From an uncultured Desulfurococcaceae archaeon (GTDB taxonomy: Archaea; Thermoproteota; Thermoprotei_A; Sulfolobales; NBVN01), in the NCBI GenBank assembly GCA_964482405.1, contig CAYZXH010000003.1:1-59799 (forward strand): 59,799 nucleotides of DNA, written 5' to 3'. Shown here piece after piece: positions 30,850 through 42,068 of the stretch (positions are counted from its first letter, which is position 1; each line of letters opens with the position of its first letter). The notes beneath the pieces are model-generated. The model was not told where the DNA came from and searched no databases. It saw only the letters and a list, made by a program, of their open reading frames with translations. A program made the position numbers and the translations under genes.

Positions 30850-32260
30850 GTTGAGCGAAGACCTAAGTAACTTGCTTGAAGAGGTTAGAAGAGAGTTAAG
30901 ACCTACGGAAGAAGAGATTAAGAAAGGTTTTGACTTATTTGAGGAAATAAAAACGTTGATAGAGTCTTCTCTGAGCATAGGTTACGACTACATGATCTCT
31001 TTGGAGGGGTCGTTCGCTAAAGGAACGTCGATAAGGGGTGATATAGATCTCGACGTATTCATACTGATAAGAAAGGAAGACTTAAGTAATGAGTGGGTTG
31101 AGGAACATGTCATAAAACACCTGTTGATGAGTCGGCTGAGTAAGTACCCGCTTCAGCTCAAGTACGCATCGCACCCGTACATAACCCTACGAGCTGAAGG
31201 ATTTGAGATCGATATTGTACCAGCTTACTGGGCTAGAGACCCTAAAGAAATAACCACCGCTGTTGACAGGACCCCATTCCACACTAGATACGTGAACTCG
31301 AGACTAAACGATTATATGAGGGATGAGGTAAGGCTGTTAAAGAAATTTCTTAAAAGCTTAGGTATTTACGGAGCTGAAGTAAAGGTCGAGGGCTTCTCAG
31401 GCTACCTCACTGAGTTAATCATACTGAAGTATGGTTCGTTCATTGACGCTCTTAAAGCCATGAGTGGGTGGCGTGAGGGTGAGGTAGTGATAGTTGACGA
31501 GAGGTTGTGGAGTGAGTACCTGAGCCTAAGAGAGCTCAGGAAGATATTCAGAGATGACGTTCTCATAGTACCGGATCCAGTTGATCCTAGGAGGAACGTA
31601 GCTTCAGCGGTTTCTGACAGGGCTTTAAAAATAGCTGTAGTAGCTTCCAACACATTCATTAAGAAACCTTCAAGAACCCTATTCTTCTACAAACCCTTAA
31701 TGAAGCCGCTTAGTGAATTAATTAAGTTTCTTGAGGAGACTGAGAGAAGGATTCTCTTACTCAGATACTTGATTCCTAAGACCCTACCACCAGACGTTCT
31801 ATGGGGGGAACTTAAGAGAGTTGGTAGAAGAGTAGTTAGTTTACTGGAGAATTACGGGTTTAACGTAATAGACTATGATTTCTGGAGTAATGAATTAAAT
31901 CAAGCAATCATAGCTTTAGACTTAACGGGTGGAGGTAGATTATCACGCTACGATGTTAGACCGGGGCCCTCCAAGATAAGTAGAGGGCTCCTAAACTTCA
32001 TAGGAAAACATGGATCCTCAGATAGAACCTTAACTGTTTGGATAGCTAGGGATGGAATCCCTAAAGCCATAATAAAGAGGAAATACGAGAACGCCCAGGA
32101 ATTGCTAAGCTCCCTCAACACTAGAGAACTCTCAGCAAAAGACATAGTATTCTCTAACATCATCAACGAACTCACGGAAATCCCTGAAGACCTAGTGAAA
32201 GACGAGGATTTCATGACCTGGCTAACTAGCTTTATTACGAAGAAGTATCCTTATATTTAA
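30842..32260 (+). CDS. cca: Class I CCA-adding enzyme
   Basis: GSFAKGT..DIDLD, YASHPY, AVDRTPFH, GFSGY. Confidence 0.95.
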   Translation: MVKLSEDLSNLLEEVRRELRPTEEEIKKGFDLFEEIKTLIESSLSIGYDYMISLEGSFAKGTSIRGDIDLDVFILIRKEDLSNEWVEEHVIKHLLMSRLSKYPLQLKYASHPYITLRAEGFEIDIVPAYWARDPKEITTAVDRTPFHTRYVNSRLNDYMRDEVRLLKKFLKSLGIYGAEVKVEGFSGYLTELIILKYGSFIDALKAMSGWREGEVVIVDERLWSEYLSLRELRKIFRDDVLIVPDPVDPRRNVASAVSDRALKIAVVASNTFIKKPSRTLFFYKPLMKPLSELIKFLEETERRILLLRYLIPKTLPPDVLWGELKRVGRRVVSLLENYGFNVIDYDFWSNELNQAIIALDLTGGGRLSRYDVRPGPSKISRGLLNFIGKHGSSDRTLTVWIARDGIPKAIIKRKYENAQELLSSLNTRELSAKDIVFSNIINELTEIPEDLVKDEDFMTWLTSFITKKYPYI

Positions 32261-32294
32261 AAACCCTGCTGAGAATAAAAGCTAAGGTGTTTAG

Positions 32295-32711
32295 ATGCCG
32301 TTAAGAGAGAACATAATTGACGCGAGGTTTAATGGCAGGGAAGTGGAGTTCAAGGTTCTTGGAGCGCCGGAGCCTATCAGGGGAGTTGTTGACGAGGTTT
32401 CTAGGTATGAGATAGGGGTTGTGTCGAAGGACAAGGTTTACATCTTATTCAGGCACGCTATATTAGTAGCTACCGTGGAACCTTCTGATCTGCACGGCTT
32501 CAGCACCGAACAATTAAATGATACAGTGATTGACGCGGAATTAATAGGTATTGAGTTGGAGTTCCACTTAATTGATGGATCTATCGTTTCAGGAACCTTA
32601 TCTAAGATATCTAAGTACGAATTAGGCGTGAGAGTAGGTGATAAAGGATTAGTAATACCTAAATCTTCGATAACGTACGCTGTTCTGAAATCACAGCAAA
32701 CGAGAACGTGA
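32295..32711 (+). CDS. Tandem Sm/Hfq-like domain protein
   Basis: Two internal repeats (IDA...G...SRYEIGV...ILFRHAI / IDA...G...SKYELGV...VIPKSSI). Confidence 0.6.
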   Translation: MPLRENIIDARFNGREVEFKVLGAPEPIRGVVDEVSRYEIGVVSKDKVYILFRHAILVATVEPSDLHGFSTEQLNDTVIDAELIGIELEFHLIDGSIVSGTLSKISKYELGVRVGDKGLVIPKSSITYAVLKSQQTRT

Positions 32712-32745
32712 GGCCTGACAGAATAGTCATGATTACCTTAGCTAA

Positions 32746-33183
32746 TTAAATCTCTTCGTAATCCTCTATTTCCTTCAGGGCCTCGGGGCTAACAACGTAC
32801 TGGATTAAGGTTCCTATTTTTCTTCTCAGCTCCGCTAACTGAATCGGGTAAACGTAGAGGGGGGTAGCGTGATTAATTCCTAGGAGAGTGGAAACGAGTT
32901 TCGTAGCTATTTCCTCTCTTATGACGCCTGTAGTGGTTGTCTGTGCCGGAATTAGCTCTACGTATATTGGCAACATAAGCTTCTCGGCATCCTCTCCTAC
33001 TACTTCCTTCGCTAGTATCAGCTCCGATTTACGAAACATGTGTACGTCCCCGCTCAAGGTAAGGACGTACGGATGTTCTTCTCTTAAAAGCTCGGCGAGA
33101 GATTTTCTTTTGGTTGCTATGTAGCTGTTCACAACTCTCAACTCCCTCTCCAACAGATACTCAAGAGTCTTGTCCTCACTCAT
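32746..33183 (-). CDS. DUF61/UPF0216 protein
   Basis: VNSY...RKSLAELL...G..H...EL....LPI. Confidence 0.75.
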   Translation of the reverse strand: MSEDKTLEYLLERELRVVNSYIATKRKSLAELLREEHPYVLTLSGDVHMFRKSELILAKEVVGEDAEKLMLPIYVELIPAQTTTTGVIREEIATKLVSTLLGINHATPLYVYPIQLAELRRKIGTLIQYVVSPEALKEIEDYEEI

Positions 33184-33244
33184 ACGCAGGAACCTCGCAA
33201 AACTCTCTCAAGACCTTAACCATGGGTTTACGTGGCAACAAACC

Positions 33245-33880
33245 TTATATACGTTCCCTACGTGATAAGATCTGCTTAATACGCTTCCTCCTAACCTTGT
33301 CCTCCCTCTCCCTCTCCTCAAACTTCATTCTCAAATACTTTATGGTGGCTCTGAGCCTAGGTATTATGAGGTTCTCTAACGCATTGACTTTCCTTTTTAC
33401 TTTCTGAACTTCCCTACCCACCTCAAGTAAAGAGATCTCAGTTTCAGCCAGCCTAATTATATTCCTTAATACGTCTTCATAGCACTCACCCACCTCCTTG
33501 AGGGTGATTGGATAGACCGACGGGTCGTAATGTCCTTCAACAACCTCGTGTTCAAGCAACGGTAACCTAACCCCAGCAACTATTCTTGAACCTAGAATGA
33601 CACTGAAAGACTTTATCTTAACGTTTGAAAACTCCTCGAAAATCCAGGGTGCTACGTAAGACGAGGTCCTAACTAACTCCTTCTCACACCTAATTATTTC
33701 CTCATGAATTCTCAACCTACTCTCCACTACTTCCCTATATAGAGCTACTAACTCTTGGGTCAGGATCAGCAACCTGTCTCTGAGGACCCTGTGAAGCCTC
33801 CTAGCGGTCGCTAACCTGCGTCTAAGTCTTATCAGCTCTATCTTGGTAGGTCTAGCCAGCCTGAGTATCTGCTGAGACAC
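33245..33880 (-). CDS. atpD: A-type ATP synthase subunit D
   Basis: PTKIEL..., [11 protein letters not shown]. Confidence 0.93.
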   Translation of the reverse strand: MSQQILRLARPTKIELIRLRRRLATARRLHRVLRDRLLILTQELVALYREVVESRLRIHEEIIRCEKELVRTSSYVAPWIFEEFSNVKIKSFSVILGSRIVAGVRLPLLEHEVVEGHYDPSVYPITLKEVGECYEDVLRNIIRLAETEISLLEVGREVQKVKRKVNALENLIIPRLRATIKYLRMKFEEREREDKVRRKRIKQILSRRERI

Positions 33881-35285
33881 TAACTCTCACCGGAGACCTG
33901 TATTTAGGGTGATACTTCCGTATGTTCTCAACACTTATCAACTTCAATTCTTCTTCAGGCAGTATTGAAAGAACTTCCCAGCCTAAGTCAAGCGTTGTCT
34001 CGATATCTCTTCTTTCGTTCTCTCCTTGATTAATGAATCTCCTCTCGAATAAATCAGCGAAGTTTAGGTACTTCCTATCCCTCTCACTAAGGGATTCAGC
34101 CCCTATTATGGCTGAGAGCTCCCTCAAGTACTGACCTTCCGTGTAAGCAGCTATCATCTGCATGAATACTTGGTAGTGATCCTCCCTTGTTTTCCCAAGT
34201 CCTATACCGTCTTTCATGAGTCTAGAGAGGGACAGTAATACGTCTACTGGGGGGTACAGGCCCTTCCTGAACATATCTCTTGAGAGAACTATTTGACCCT
34301 CAGTTATGTAACCCGTTAAGTCAGGTATTGGGTGTGTTATGTCGTCGTCTGGCATCGTGAGTATAGGCATTTGAGTAACGGACCCCTTCTTACCGGTTAC
34401 CTTACCGGCTCTCTCATATATTGTTGCTAGATCTGTATACATGTAGCCCGGGTACCCTCTCCTACCGGGAACCTCCTCCCTAGCTGCGGAGAGCTCACGT
34501 AACGCCTCAGCGTAGTTCGTCATATCGCTCATTATCACCAAAACGTGTATGTCGTGCTTCCAAGCAAGAAACTCCGCTGTCGTGAGAGCTACTCGGGGGA
34601 CCGCTATCCTCTCAATCACAGGCGATGAAGCCGTATTAATGAATGAGACCACGTTCTCCACGTTCTTGGCTTTCTTAAGAGACTCTATAAAGAAGTATGC
34701 TTCCTCGTAAGTCACCCCTATTGCGGCGAAAACTACTGCGAACCTCTCCTCCTTACCCCTCACCGTGGCTTGCCTAACTATCTGAGCAGCTATCCTGTTA
34801 TGGGGTAAGCCAGCACCACTAAATATAGGCAGTTTCTGACCCCTCACTATAGAGAAGAGAGCGTCTATGGCTGAGATCCCTGTCTCTATGAACTCAGACG
34901 GTGGCTCCCTCATGGCAGGATTTAATGGTGCGCCGTTAACGTCTAGCCAGTCTTCAGGGATTATTCTAGGACCGCCGTCGATCGGGTTCCCGAGACCGTC
35001 GAAGATCCTCCCAAACATATCCAGAGAAACCGGGATCTTAAGCGTCTCACCCTTAAATCTCACCTTAATTGAGTCTACGTTTACCTCGCTGACACCTCCA
35101 AAGACTTGAATGACACTCACGTCCTTACCCACATCTATAACCTGACCTACTCTCGACTCACCGCTGGGTAGGGTTACCTCAACTACCTCACCATACCTAA
35201 TCCCCTCAATAGACTTAACGAGTAGTAAAGATCCTCTAGCACTTAACGCTCTCCTAACTTCCTTAACACTTAAGTTAAGAACCAC
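33852..35285 (-). CDS. atpB: A-type ATP synthase subunit B
   Basis: [32 protein letters not shown]. Confidence 0.96.
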   Translation of the reverse strand: MVLNLSVKEVRRALSARGSLLLVKSIEGIRYGEVVEVTLPSGESRVGQVIDVGKDVSVIQVFGGVSEVNVDSIKVRFKGETLKIPVSLDMFGRIFDGLGNPIDGGPRIIPEDWLDVNGAPLNPAMREPPSEFIETGISAIDALFSIVRGQKLPIFSGAGLPHNRIAAQIVRQATVRGKEERFAVVFAAIGVTYEEAYFFIESLKKAKNVENVVSFINTASSPVIERIAVPRVALTTAEFLAWKHDIHVLVIMSDMTNYAEALRELSAAREEVPGRRGYPGYMYTDLATIYERAGKVTGKKGSVTQMPILTMPDDDITHPIPDLTGYITEGQIVLSRDMFRKGLYPPVDVLLSLSRLMKDGIGLGKTREDHYQVFMQMIAAYTEGQYLRELSAIIGAESLSERDRKYLNFADLFERRFINQGENERRDIETTLDLGWEVLSILPEEELKLISVENIRKYHPKYRSPVRVSVSADTQAG

Positions 35286-37056
35286 TTAACTCACCTGCTC
35301 GGAGCTTCTTGAAATAATCTTTTATTTCCCTAACTATGTCTTCATAAACCTTCCTGAATTCCTCGTTACGTACCTCCTTCATCCTAGCTATGCGCGAGAT
35401 TACTGGAGCCTCCCTGATCTTACTTAGGGGTACTCCGTCATTCAGGGTTTTCGCGGCTTCCTCGTAAAACCTGATTATAATGTCTAGCATGAGGACCGTC
35501 TTCTCGGGCGAGCTGTAGGCGTCTATCGGATGGTAAGCACTTTGTTGCAGGAAGTCTTCCCTAATCATCTTAGCCACATCTAGGAGGAGTTTATCCGGAT
35601 CTGGGAGAGCTTCAGGACCTACAAGCCTGACTAACTCCATTAACTCGGACTCTCTCTGAAGAATTCTTAAAGCTTCATTACGCAACTTCAACCAGTCCCT
35701 GAAATCACGTTCCCACCACTTAGCAACTGTTTCCACGTACTGGGAGTAGCTGAGTAACCAGTTAATTGCGGGGAAGTGCCTCCTGTTAGCTAGTGATACG
35801 TCGAGTGCTAGTAGAGCGCCAATATATCTGAGTGTGTTAGTGGTGACTGGTTCGCTGAAGTCTGCTCCCGGAGGGGATACTGCGCCCAAGATAGTTAAGG
35901 ACCCTACCCTCTCGGGACTGCCTAGGGTGACCACCCTACCTGATCTTTCGTAAAACTCCGCTAGCCGCGAGCCTAGGTAGGCTGGGAATCCCTCGTCGCC
36001 TGGCATCTCCTCAAGCCTCGCACTTATTTCCCTCATCGCCTCAGCCCATCTAGAGGTTGAGTCAGCCACCATGAGCACGTCATACCCCATATCCCTGAAG
36101 TACTCGCCTATAGTCACCCCTAGGAAAACACTGGTTTCTCTGGCGGCTACAGGCATGTTAGATGTATTGGCTATGAATATGGCTTTCTCTGAGAGAGGCC
36201 TGCCTGATTCAGGGTCGCTGAGTTTCCTGAAGCTGTGTAATGCGTCAGCCATCTCATTACCTCTCTCACCGCAGCCAACAAATATGTTGACTTGAGTCCT
36301 GCTCCACTTGGTTAAGGTATGCAATAAAACCGTCTTACCACTACCGAAGCCTCCTGGAACCGCGGCCTTACCTCCCTTCGCTATCGGGAACATCATGTCT
36401 AATACTCTGGTTCCTGTTATGAGGGGTTCCACAGGCTCTAACCGTGTTTTGTAAGGTCTTGGCTTACGTATAGGCCACTTACTCATCAACCTCACTTCTT
36501 TTTTCTCCCCTCCGCCGACGTCTATGAGCGCTATAGTTTCCTCGACCGTGTAATCGCCGTCAGGGACTAGCTCCTTCAACACACCCGATAATCCCGGGGG
36601 CACCATGATCTTATGGAGTAGTATGGGTGTTTCCTGAACGTACCCTAGTATGGAGCCACCCTCTACTTTATCACCTACTTTAACGTCTGACGACTTCTTG
36701 AACGTCCACTTAACGTTTCTGGGTAGGGCAGGCAGCTTAACTCCCTTACTCACGAAAGCTCCGTGGATTTCGCCGATGACTGATAGAGGTCTTTGAAGTC
36801 CGTCATACACTTTCCCGACGATTCCGGGACCTAGCTCTGCTGAGAGTAAGCTCCCGGTACCCTCCACGGGTTCGCCGACCCGCAACCCTGAAGTATCTTC
36901 GTAGACTTGGATGAAAGCCCTATCACCCTGCAAACCTATCACCTCACCTATTAGGCTCTCATCACCTACTAAGACTACCTCGTAAACCATCGAGCCTTCC
37001 ATTCCTTCTGCTACTATTAAGGGACCTGAAACCCTCAGGATCTTACCCCTAGCCAA
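35275..37056 (-). CDS. atpA: A-type ATP synthase subunit A (no intein)
   Basis: [26 protein letters not shown]. Confidence 0.97.
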   Translation of the reverse strand: MARGKILRVSGPLIVAEGMEGSMVYEVVLVGDESLIGEVIGLQGDRAFIQVYEDTSGLRVGEPVEGTGSLLSAELGPGIVGKVYDGLQRPLSVIGEIHGAFVSKGVKLPALPRNVKWTFKKSSDVKVGDKVEGGSILGYVQETPILLHKIMVPPGLSGVLKELVPDGDYTVEETIALIDVGGGEKKEVRLMSKWPIRKPRPYKTRLEPVEPLITGTRVLDMMFPIAKGGKAAVPGGFGSGKTVLLHTLTKWSRTQVNIFVGCGERGNEMADALHSFRKLSDPESGRPLSEKAIFIANTSNMPVAARETSVFLGVTIGEYFRDMGYDVLMVADSTSRWAEAMREISARLEEMPGDEGFPAYLGSRLAEFYERSGRVVTLGSPERVGSLTILGAVSPPGADFSEPVTTNTLRYIGALLALDVSLANRRHFPAINWLLSYSQYVETVAKWWERDFRDWLKLRNEALRILQRESELMELVRLVGPEALPDPDKLLLDVAKMIREDFLQQSAYHPIDAYSSPEKTVLMLDIIIRFYEEAAKTLNDGVPLSKIREAPVISRIARMKEVRNEEFRKVYEDIVREIKDYFKKLRAGELSGS

Positions 37057-37059
37057 CGG

Positions 37060-37413
37060 TCACACCTCAATACTGACACCTAAATAAGACTTAATCATAC
37101 GCAGGTAATAATCCCTCACGTCTATCTTAGAAGCTTCCTTAGAGCTGGGAACGAACACCACCAAAGGCTCCCTACCCATCTTCTGCAACTTATCAGCTAT
37201 TAAGTCTCTGAACCTATACTGTATCACTATAATACCGACTGACGGATCCTCATAAAGCTTCGTCAATAACTCGCCTAATTCCTTCTTGAGTTCAGAGATG
37301 TTCTCGCCCTCAGAGATCTCAAAGAATCTCCTGACACCGGCTAATTTAAAGCCGTTGATAAAGCTTAAATCACCTATTACCACTACATCTTTCTTACTCG
37401 GCAATCGACTCAT
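37060..37413 (-). CDS. atpF: A-type ATP synthase subunit F
   Basis: VIGD....GFKLAGV; operon position. Confidence 0.88.
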   Translation of the reverse strand: MSRLPSKKDVVVIGDLSFINGFKLAGVRRFFEISEGENISELKKELGELLTKLYEDPSVGIIVIQYRFRDLIADKLQKMGREPLVVFVPSSKEASKIDVRDYYLRMIKSYLGVSIEV

Positions 37414-38392
37414 AGAGTCTTAACCACCCACCAACCTCTTCCCTAATTAATTCTGGTGAGTACCCAGTATTAATTAAGTAAATCACGTAAGAGAGAATGG
37501 AGAACTCGAATTCTTTCAGGAGTAAATAATCGAGTAACGTATCAACAGATACTGGGAGGGACTTAAGCATGTTGTGGCAGAAGTGTAGTGGTAGTACAGC
37601 GAGCACGTACTCGAAGTCATGGGTGTTCTTAGAAGCTTTAAGCACTACCTCTCTTTGCTTCTGAGTTAACTTCGTTGTGATAAGCCTTAAGTCTCCCCCT
37701 CCTATTAGAGCCTTTCTTAAGGCCTGCTTGAGTTCCTCAAACTCCTTAAGAAACTCAACACACCTAAGCCCGTAAGAAGAGACGTTCAGACCTGTTAAAA
37801 CATCCTCAAGCCTTCTAAAGTAAGACGTCCTTAATTTTCTGGAGAGCTCGTTCACGTCTAGCTCACTAATCTTTAACTTCCTGTGCTCCTCGAGGACTGA
37901 AGACATAGACTTGTTCAGGAGCTTCTTCTTACTTAATAACGAGATAATCTCCCCTACCTCTTTAGTGGTCATAAATTTCTTGATGGATTCAACCACCGGT
38001 GCTTCTAGGTATGTAGTCTCCGTTAATCCGGAACTTATAACGCCTATTAAGTCGTTAGCCACGTACTTACTTATGTAGAGATCAATTATCTCTATCACTT
38101 TCTCGGAAGGCTTGATTAAGCGTATCTTACTCCTCAAATCGTTTTCCCAACACTTCAACAGCTTAGAATATATGGTTGTTTGCGGCAGGGGTAGGGCACT
38201 CCTTAATTCTCTACCAAGACATGAACTAACTTCAAAGCCTTGGAGAGCGGAGAGGAGGCTAGGGAATGTGTAAGTAATCAGCTCGTTAATTCTCTTTACG
38301 TTATCTGGGCGTAAAGTCTTGTGGGAACGTATCTTAACGTAGTTGAAGAAGATCTCATCACTTATCTTAACAACCACTAAGCTAACCTCCAA
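37394..38392 (-). CDS. atpC: A-type ATP synthase subunit C (divergent)
   Basis: Size and position between E and F; DYLLLKEFE near C-terminus. Confidence 0.65.
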   Translation of the reverse strand: MEVSLVVVKISDEIFFNYVKIRSHKTLRPDNVKRINELITYTFPSLLSALQGFEVSSCLGRELRSALPLPQTTIYSKLLKCWENDLRSKIRLIKPSEKVIEIIDLYISKYVANDLIGVISSGLTETTYLEAPVVESIKKFMTTKEVGEIISLLSKKKLLNKSMSSVLEEHRKLKISELDVNELSRKLRTSYFRRLEDVLTGLNVSSYGLRCVEFLKEFEELKQALRKALIGGGDLRLITTKLTQKQREVVLKASKNTHDFEYVLAVLPLHFCHNMLKSLPVSVDTLLDYLLLKEFEFSILSYVIYLINTGYSPELIREEVGGWLRLYESIAE

Positions 38393-38978
38393 ATACTTCC
38401 TCGTTTAGTTTCCTGTAAATAAACGACATTAACCTCTCTAACCTGGTAGCGTAGGTGTTGTCCAAGCCTAGTGAACCGTCCTCAGTTTCTATTAAGACTC
38501 CTCCAACACTTTCTGGTGGTAGGGTCTTTATCTCTATGATTCTATCCTCAATACCCAATTCTCTTAACAATTCTTTAATTAACGGAACATCCCTCTCAAC
38601 AACGCATACCCTTACTTTTCGTGACGTGTGTATCTCGTTAAGACACTCATTAACCAATTTCTTTAGTGATCTTCTCCTCTCCTCGTCACTCATCTCGTTA
38701 ATCTTGCTTATGATTTCCTTCTTCAGCTCCTCGATGAGCTCGTTTTTTAGGTTTAGTAGCTTCGTGTTTACTTCTAAGCTCTTCTCACTCAGTTTCTTAG
38801 AGAGCTCGTCTCTTAACTCCCTCAACTCCGCTTCTCTAACCAACTCATATCTTCTCGTGTATTCTCTCATAGCCTCATCGAGTATTTTCCTGGCTTCTTC
38901 TTCAGCGCTCCTAATCATGGCTTCTGCTTTAGCTCTAGCTTTCTTCAGAATTTCTTCACGTAAAGCGTCTAAACTCAT
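38382..38978 (-). CDS. atpE: A-type ATP synthase subunit E
   Basis: N-terminal coiled coil; GGVLIE..DG...DNT...RL. Confidence 0.88.
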   Translation of the reverse strand: MSLDALREEILKKARAKAEAMIRSAEEEARKILDEAMREYTRRYELVREAELRELRDELSKKLSEKSLEVNTKLLNLKNELIEELKKEIISKINEMSDEERRRSLKKLVNECLNEIHTSRKVRVCVVERDVPLIKELLRELGIEDRIIEIKTLPPESVGGVLIETEDGSLGLDNTYATRLERLMSFIYRKLNEEVFGG

Positions 38979-39001
38979 GCCTTAATCCTCTACTACCAAG
39001 C

Positions 39002-39490
39002 TTATATCGGTAACCCAGCAACTAACGTGGTTAGTAAGTAGCCGAGAACCATCCCCAATATACCGAGCATCTCGACGTAGGCAGCGAGTATTAGTGAGGG
39101 AACCAGCATTCTGCCCCCGGCTTTAGGTAGCTCGACTATGCCAGCCATGCATATCACGCCCTGATACCACGCGGAGAATAACTCAGCGACCAAGACGAAA
39201 GCCCCTATACCTAGGAAAGCACCTGCTTTAATCCATGTTAGTTCAGCTATTCCTGGTATGACTGATGTAAGACCTAGTAATGAGAAGATGAATCCGTAGA
39301 ACGTCTGCGTCATGGGTAGGGAAGAAAGTATGAGGACTTGCTTAAAACTACCTGGATCCTCTGATATGACTGACAAACCAGCTGAAGCAGCCTTACCTAT
39401 ACCTAAAGAAGACCCTACAACTCCTCCCACAACGCCTAACGCGATCCCTAAAGACGCTACAGCTTGAGGACTTAAGGACACCTCGTGCAC
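39002..39490 (-). CDS. atpK: A-type ATP synthase proteolipid K (duplicated, four TM)
   Basis: LPMTQTFYG, WYQG, YVEMLG. Confidence 0.92.
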   Translation of the reverse strand: MHEVSLSPQAVASLGIALGVVGGVVGSSLGIGKAASAGLSVISEDPGSFKQVLILSSLPMTQTFYGFIFSLLGLTSVIPGIAELTWIKAGAFLGIGAFVLVAELFSAWYQGVICMAGIVELPKAGGRMLVPSLILAAYVEMLGILGMVLGYLLTTLVAGLPI

Positions 39491-39571
39491 ACCTTGTTAA
39501 ATTTAGTGAAAAGTTTTTAAGCTTTGTTCGTGGGAGTCAAACCAAGGTTCAACAAAAGCTGGTGAGGTGAG

Positions 39572-41602
39572 CTACCTCATCTTCCCCAAAGCGATGTGCT
39601 TCTCTATCTTCAGAGTGAACGGCGTAAATTCCCTCCCGTTACCATCATACCATTTAGGTAGGAACTCAACGAAGCATAACCTCATAGAGTGAACGAAACC
39701 GCCTATAGTACCGAAAACTATGTTAAACATGTTCATGAAGATTGCTACAACCAACATAAGCACTAAACCTAAAACACTGCCGACGAGGGGTGCTAGGCTT
39801 GAGAAGTACTCGTAGACACCGAAAGATAGCTTGTTGAAGTTAACAGCCATTACGTAGGTAGCTATTCCCAGCCCAGCTATCCTAGAGTATGAGAGGACAT
39901 CACCAAGCAACCCAGTGATGTTGAATATCCACATGAAGAGGCCTACACCACCTAAAGACTTGACGGTCCCCGCAATCATCACTAACACCCCGACAAGAGA
40001 CGCGTAGAGCATGAAAGCATATACCTCACTACTCAGTGGTAGCAAGTTGTAGTGGAGGAATTCATGTAGAACGTAAGGTATGCCGAAAATCTCTGAGATT
40101 ATTAAACCAACCCCACTTAAGACCCTGCCTAAGTCCCTCACCTTAATACCTACGATCACTGAGAGAACGTGCCCTACGTTTATATGTACGAGTCCGATAA
40201 CCAAAGCTAAGACGAGGAAGAACATAGGGTCTGATAAGTTGATTAGAGCCGGCACACTAATCAACCCACCCCCCTCGCTAGCAATGGTTAATACTACGCG
40301 ACCCTCCTCGAAACCCACCGAGTACCCTGCGAAAGTATTCGATAAAACCCCGAAGACCGTGGCTGAAAGACTCAACACTAATAACATCTTCTTCAATGTC
40401 AGGTATCCGGACGAGTAAGGATTATCTATGAATCCGCTCCTATCCAAGACGTACTTAACTAACAGGAAGATTATTAGGCCGTAAACAGCGTCAGCCATCA
40501 TCAACCCGAAGAATACTAAGAATGAGTACGTGAGGATCGGTGTGGGGTCCCACTCACCCGGTGAGGGTAGGCCGTAAAATCTCGTTAAGAGCTCGAAGGG
40601 CTTAAGGATTTTAGGGTTCTTGAGTTTTGAGGGCGGTTTCTTATCTGTCGAGACGCTAACTATTAAGTAGGCACCTATCTCACTACTTAACCTGCTCTCC
40701 ACGGTCTTGATGGATTCTTCTGGAACCCACCCCTCCACAGCCAGCAAGTACTCACCGCTAGCGGCACTGAGGAGGAGATCAAGCCTAGATTTAACTAAAT
40801 CGTTAATCACCTTAGCTAGAGCAAGCACTTCCACGTTATCTTCTAAGACTCTCTCTAATTCTTGGTCTGTTCTGGCTAGAGTGCTTCTAAGCTCTTCCAC
40901 ATGTTTAATCAGGTAGTTCAGGTAATCAGGTATTAAGACTTCTTGTTGAGGAAACTTGATGATGTCTGCCTTAGCTTTACTTAATAACTCCTGAACTTCC
41001 TTCAAAGCGCTTGAGACACCGACTACGAAAACCACCATCTCGTCTTCTATTAAGCCCCACTTAATCACTACGTCCCTAGGTATTGAAGTAATGAGTTGCT
41101 CCATATCTTGCGATTTACCCAACGCTACCATAGAGAAGAGTGCCTCACCAGTGAAAGATAGCTCGGAAATCCTCAGATTATCGCCGACCACACGCCTAAC
41201 CACCTCAAGTACCCTGATTTGCTTCTGGCACTCACTAATCTCATCCGCTAATTTCTTCTTGTTATTAATCAAGTTCTCAACTTCTTGACGCACCTTACTT
41301 AACTTAACATGGAGTTCCTCTAAGATCTTGTCAAGATCTTCAAGACTCACCTCCCTCTTAAGGTCTACCACCGTAAACCTATAATAATTCTCGACTGCGT
41401 CCACCAAGTTTGAGAAGACACGCACTTTCTCAGCGTAGCTTCTTAATTTCTCCCTGTCTTCCTCGCTTAGCTCACCCGAGGTCTCTACGTGCATGACCCC
41501 CAAGTCTTGGAGTACGTTTAAAGTCTTGCTACTTAAGTCCTTGGGAACCAGCAACCTGATGTAGCGGAGTTTTTCAGGGGTTGACACTATGAGTGCCATC
41601 AT
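39572..41602 (-). CDS. atpI: A-type ATP synthase subunit I
   Basis: EGWVP, EWDPT, FFGLM.AD, SYSR, HSMRL.FVEF. Confidence 0.95.
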   Translation of the reverse strand: MMALIVSTPEKLRYIRLLVPKDLSSKTLNVLQDLGVMHVETSGELSEEDREKLRSYAEKVRVFSNLVDAVENYYRFTVVDLKREVSLEDLDKILEELHVKLSKVRQEVENLINNKKKLADEISECQKQIRVLEVVRRVVGDNLRISELSFTGEALFSMVALGKSQDMEQLITSIPRDVVIKWGLIEDEMVVFVVGVSSALKEVQELLSKAKADIIKFPQQEVLIPDYLNYLIKHVEELRSTLARTDQELERVLEDNVEVLALAKVINDLVKSRLDLLLSAASGEYLLAVEGWVPEESIKTVESRLSSEIGAYLIVSVSTDKKPPSKLKNPKILKPFELLTRFYGLPSPGEWDPTPILTYSFLVFFGLMMADAVYGLIIFLLVKYVLDRSGFIDNPYSSGYLTLKKMLLVLSLSATVFGVLSNTFAGYSVGFEEGRVVLTIASEGGGLISVPALINLSDPMFFLVLALVIGLVHINVGHVLSVIVGIKVRDLGRVLSGVGLIISEIFGIPYVLHEFLHYNLLPLSSEVYAFMLYASLVGVLVMIAGTVKSLGGVGLFMWIFNITGLLGDVLSYSRIAGLGIATYVMAVNFNKLSFGVYEYFSSLAPLVGSVLGLVLMLVVAIFMNMFNIVFGTIGGFVHSMRLCFVEFLPKWYDGNGREFTPFTLKIEKHIALGKMR

Positions 41603-41898
41603 AACTCCCTTAAGCCCATAACTATCTCCACTACCTCCCTAACCAAACCTTCTTTTCTCTCTGCGAAAGACTTGAGGATTGCTCGCTCCCGCTCCTCACC
41701 CCTAGACTCCACGTCCTTAATCCTCTGCTCAAATTCCCTCACTATTCTCTCCTTCTCCTCAGGACTTAGGAGATTTGCTAAAGGCTTTGACTTAAGCTCC
41801 GCGGCTTCCTTCCTAGCCTTACTTAAAATCTCTTCCGCTCTACTCCTAGCTTCCTCAACGATCTTCCTAGCTTCCTCCTCAATCTCACTAATCGACAT
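41599..41898 (-). CDS. atpH: A-type ATP synthase subunit H/G
   Basis: Charged coiled coil, first gene of operon; start placed at ATG 41898. Confidence 0.75.
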   Translation of the reverse strand: MSISEIEEEARKIVEEARSRAEEILSKARKEAAELKSKPLANLLSPEEKERIVREFEQRIKDVESRGEERERAILKSFAERKEGLVREVVEIVMGLREL

Positions 41899-42068
41899 TC
41901 TAATCCCTAAAAACACTACATAAACCCTTATAATTATTACGTTACTGAATTCAGACATAACGCAAAAACGTGCCGCAACCAAACCCACCCAAGTTAAATA
42001 CGTCTGCTCGTGAGGACGGGGCACAGAATTATAATTCTTTTAGTCCCTAGTTATTTAGGATTAGGTAG

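Noticed and set aside
41899-42024. N-terminal extension of the atpH ORF
   Set aside because: It spans the divergent promoter region; the start is more plausibly ATG 41898
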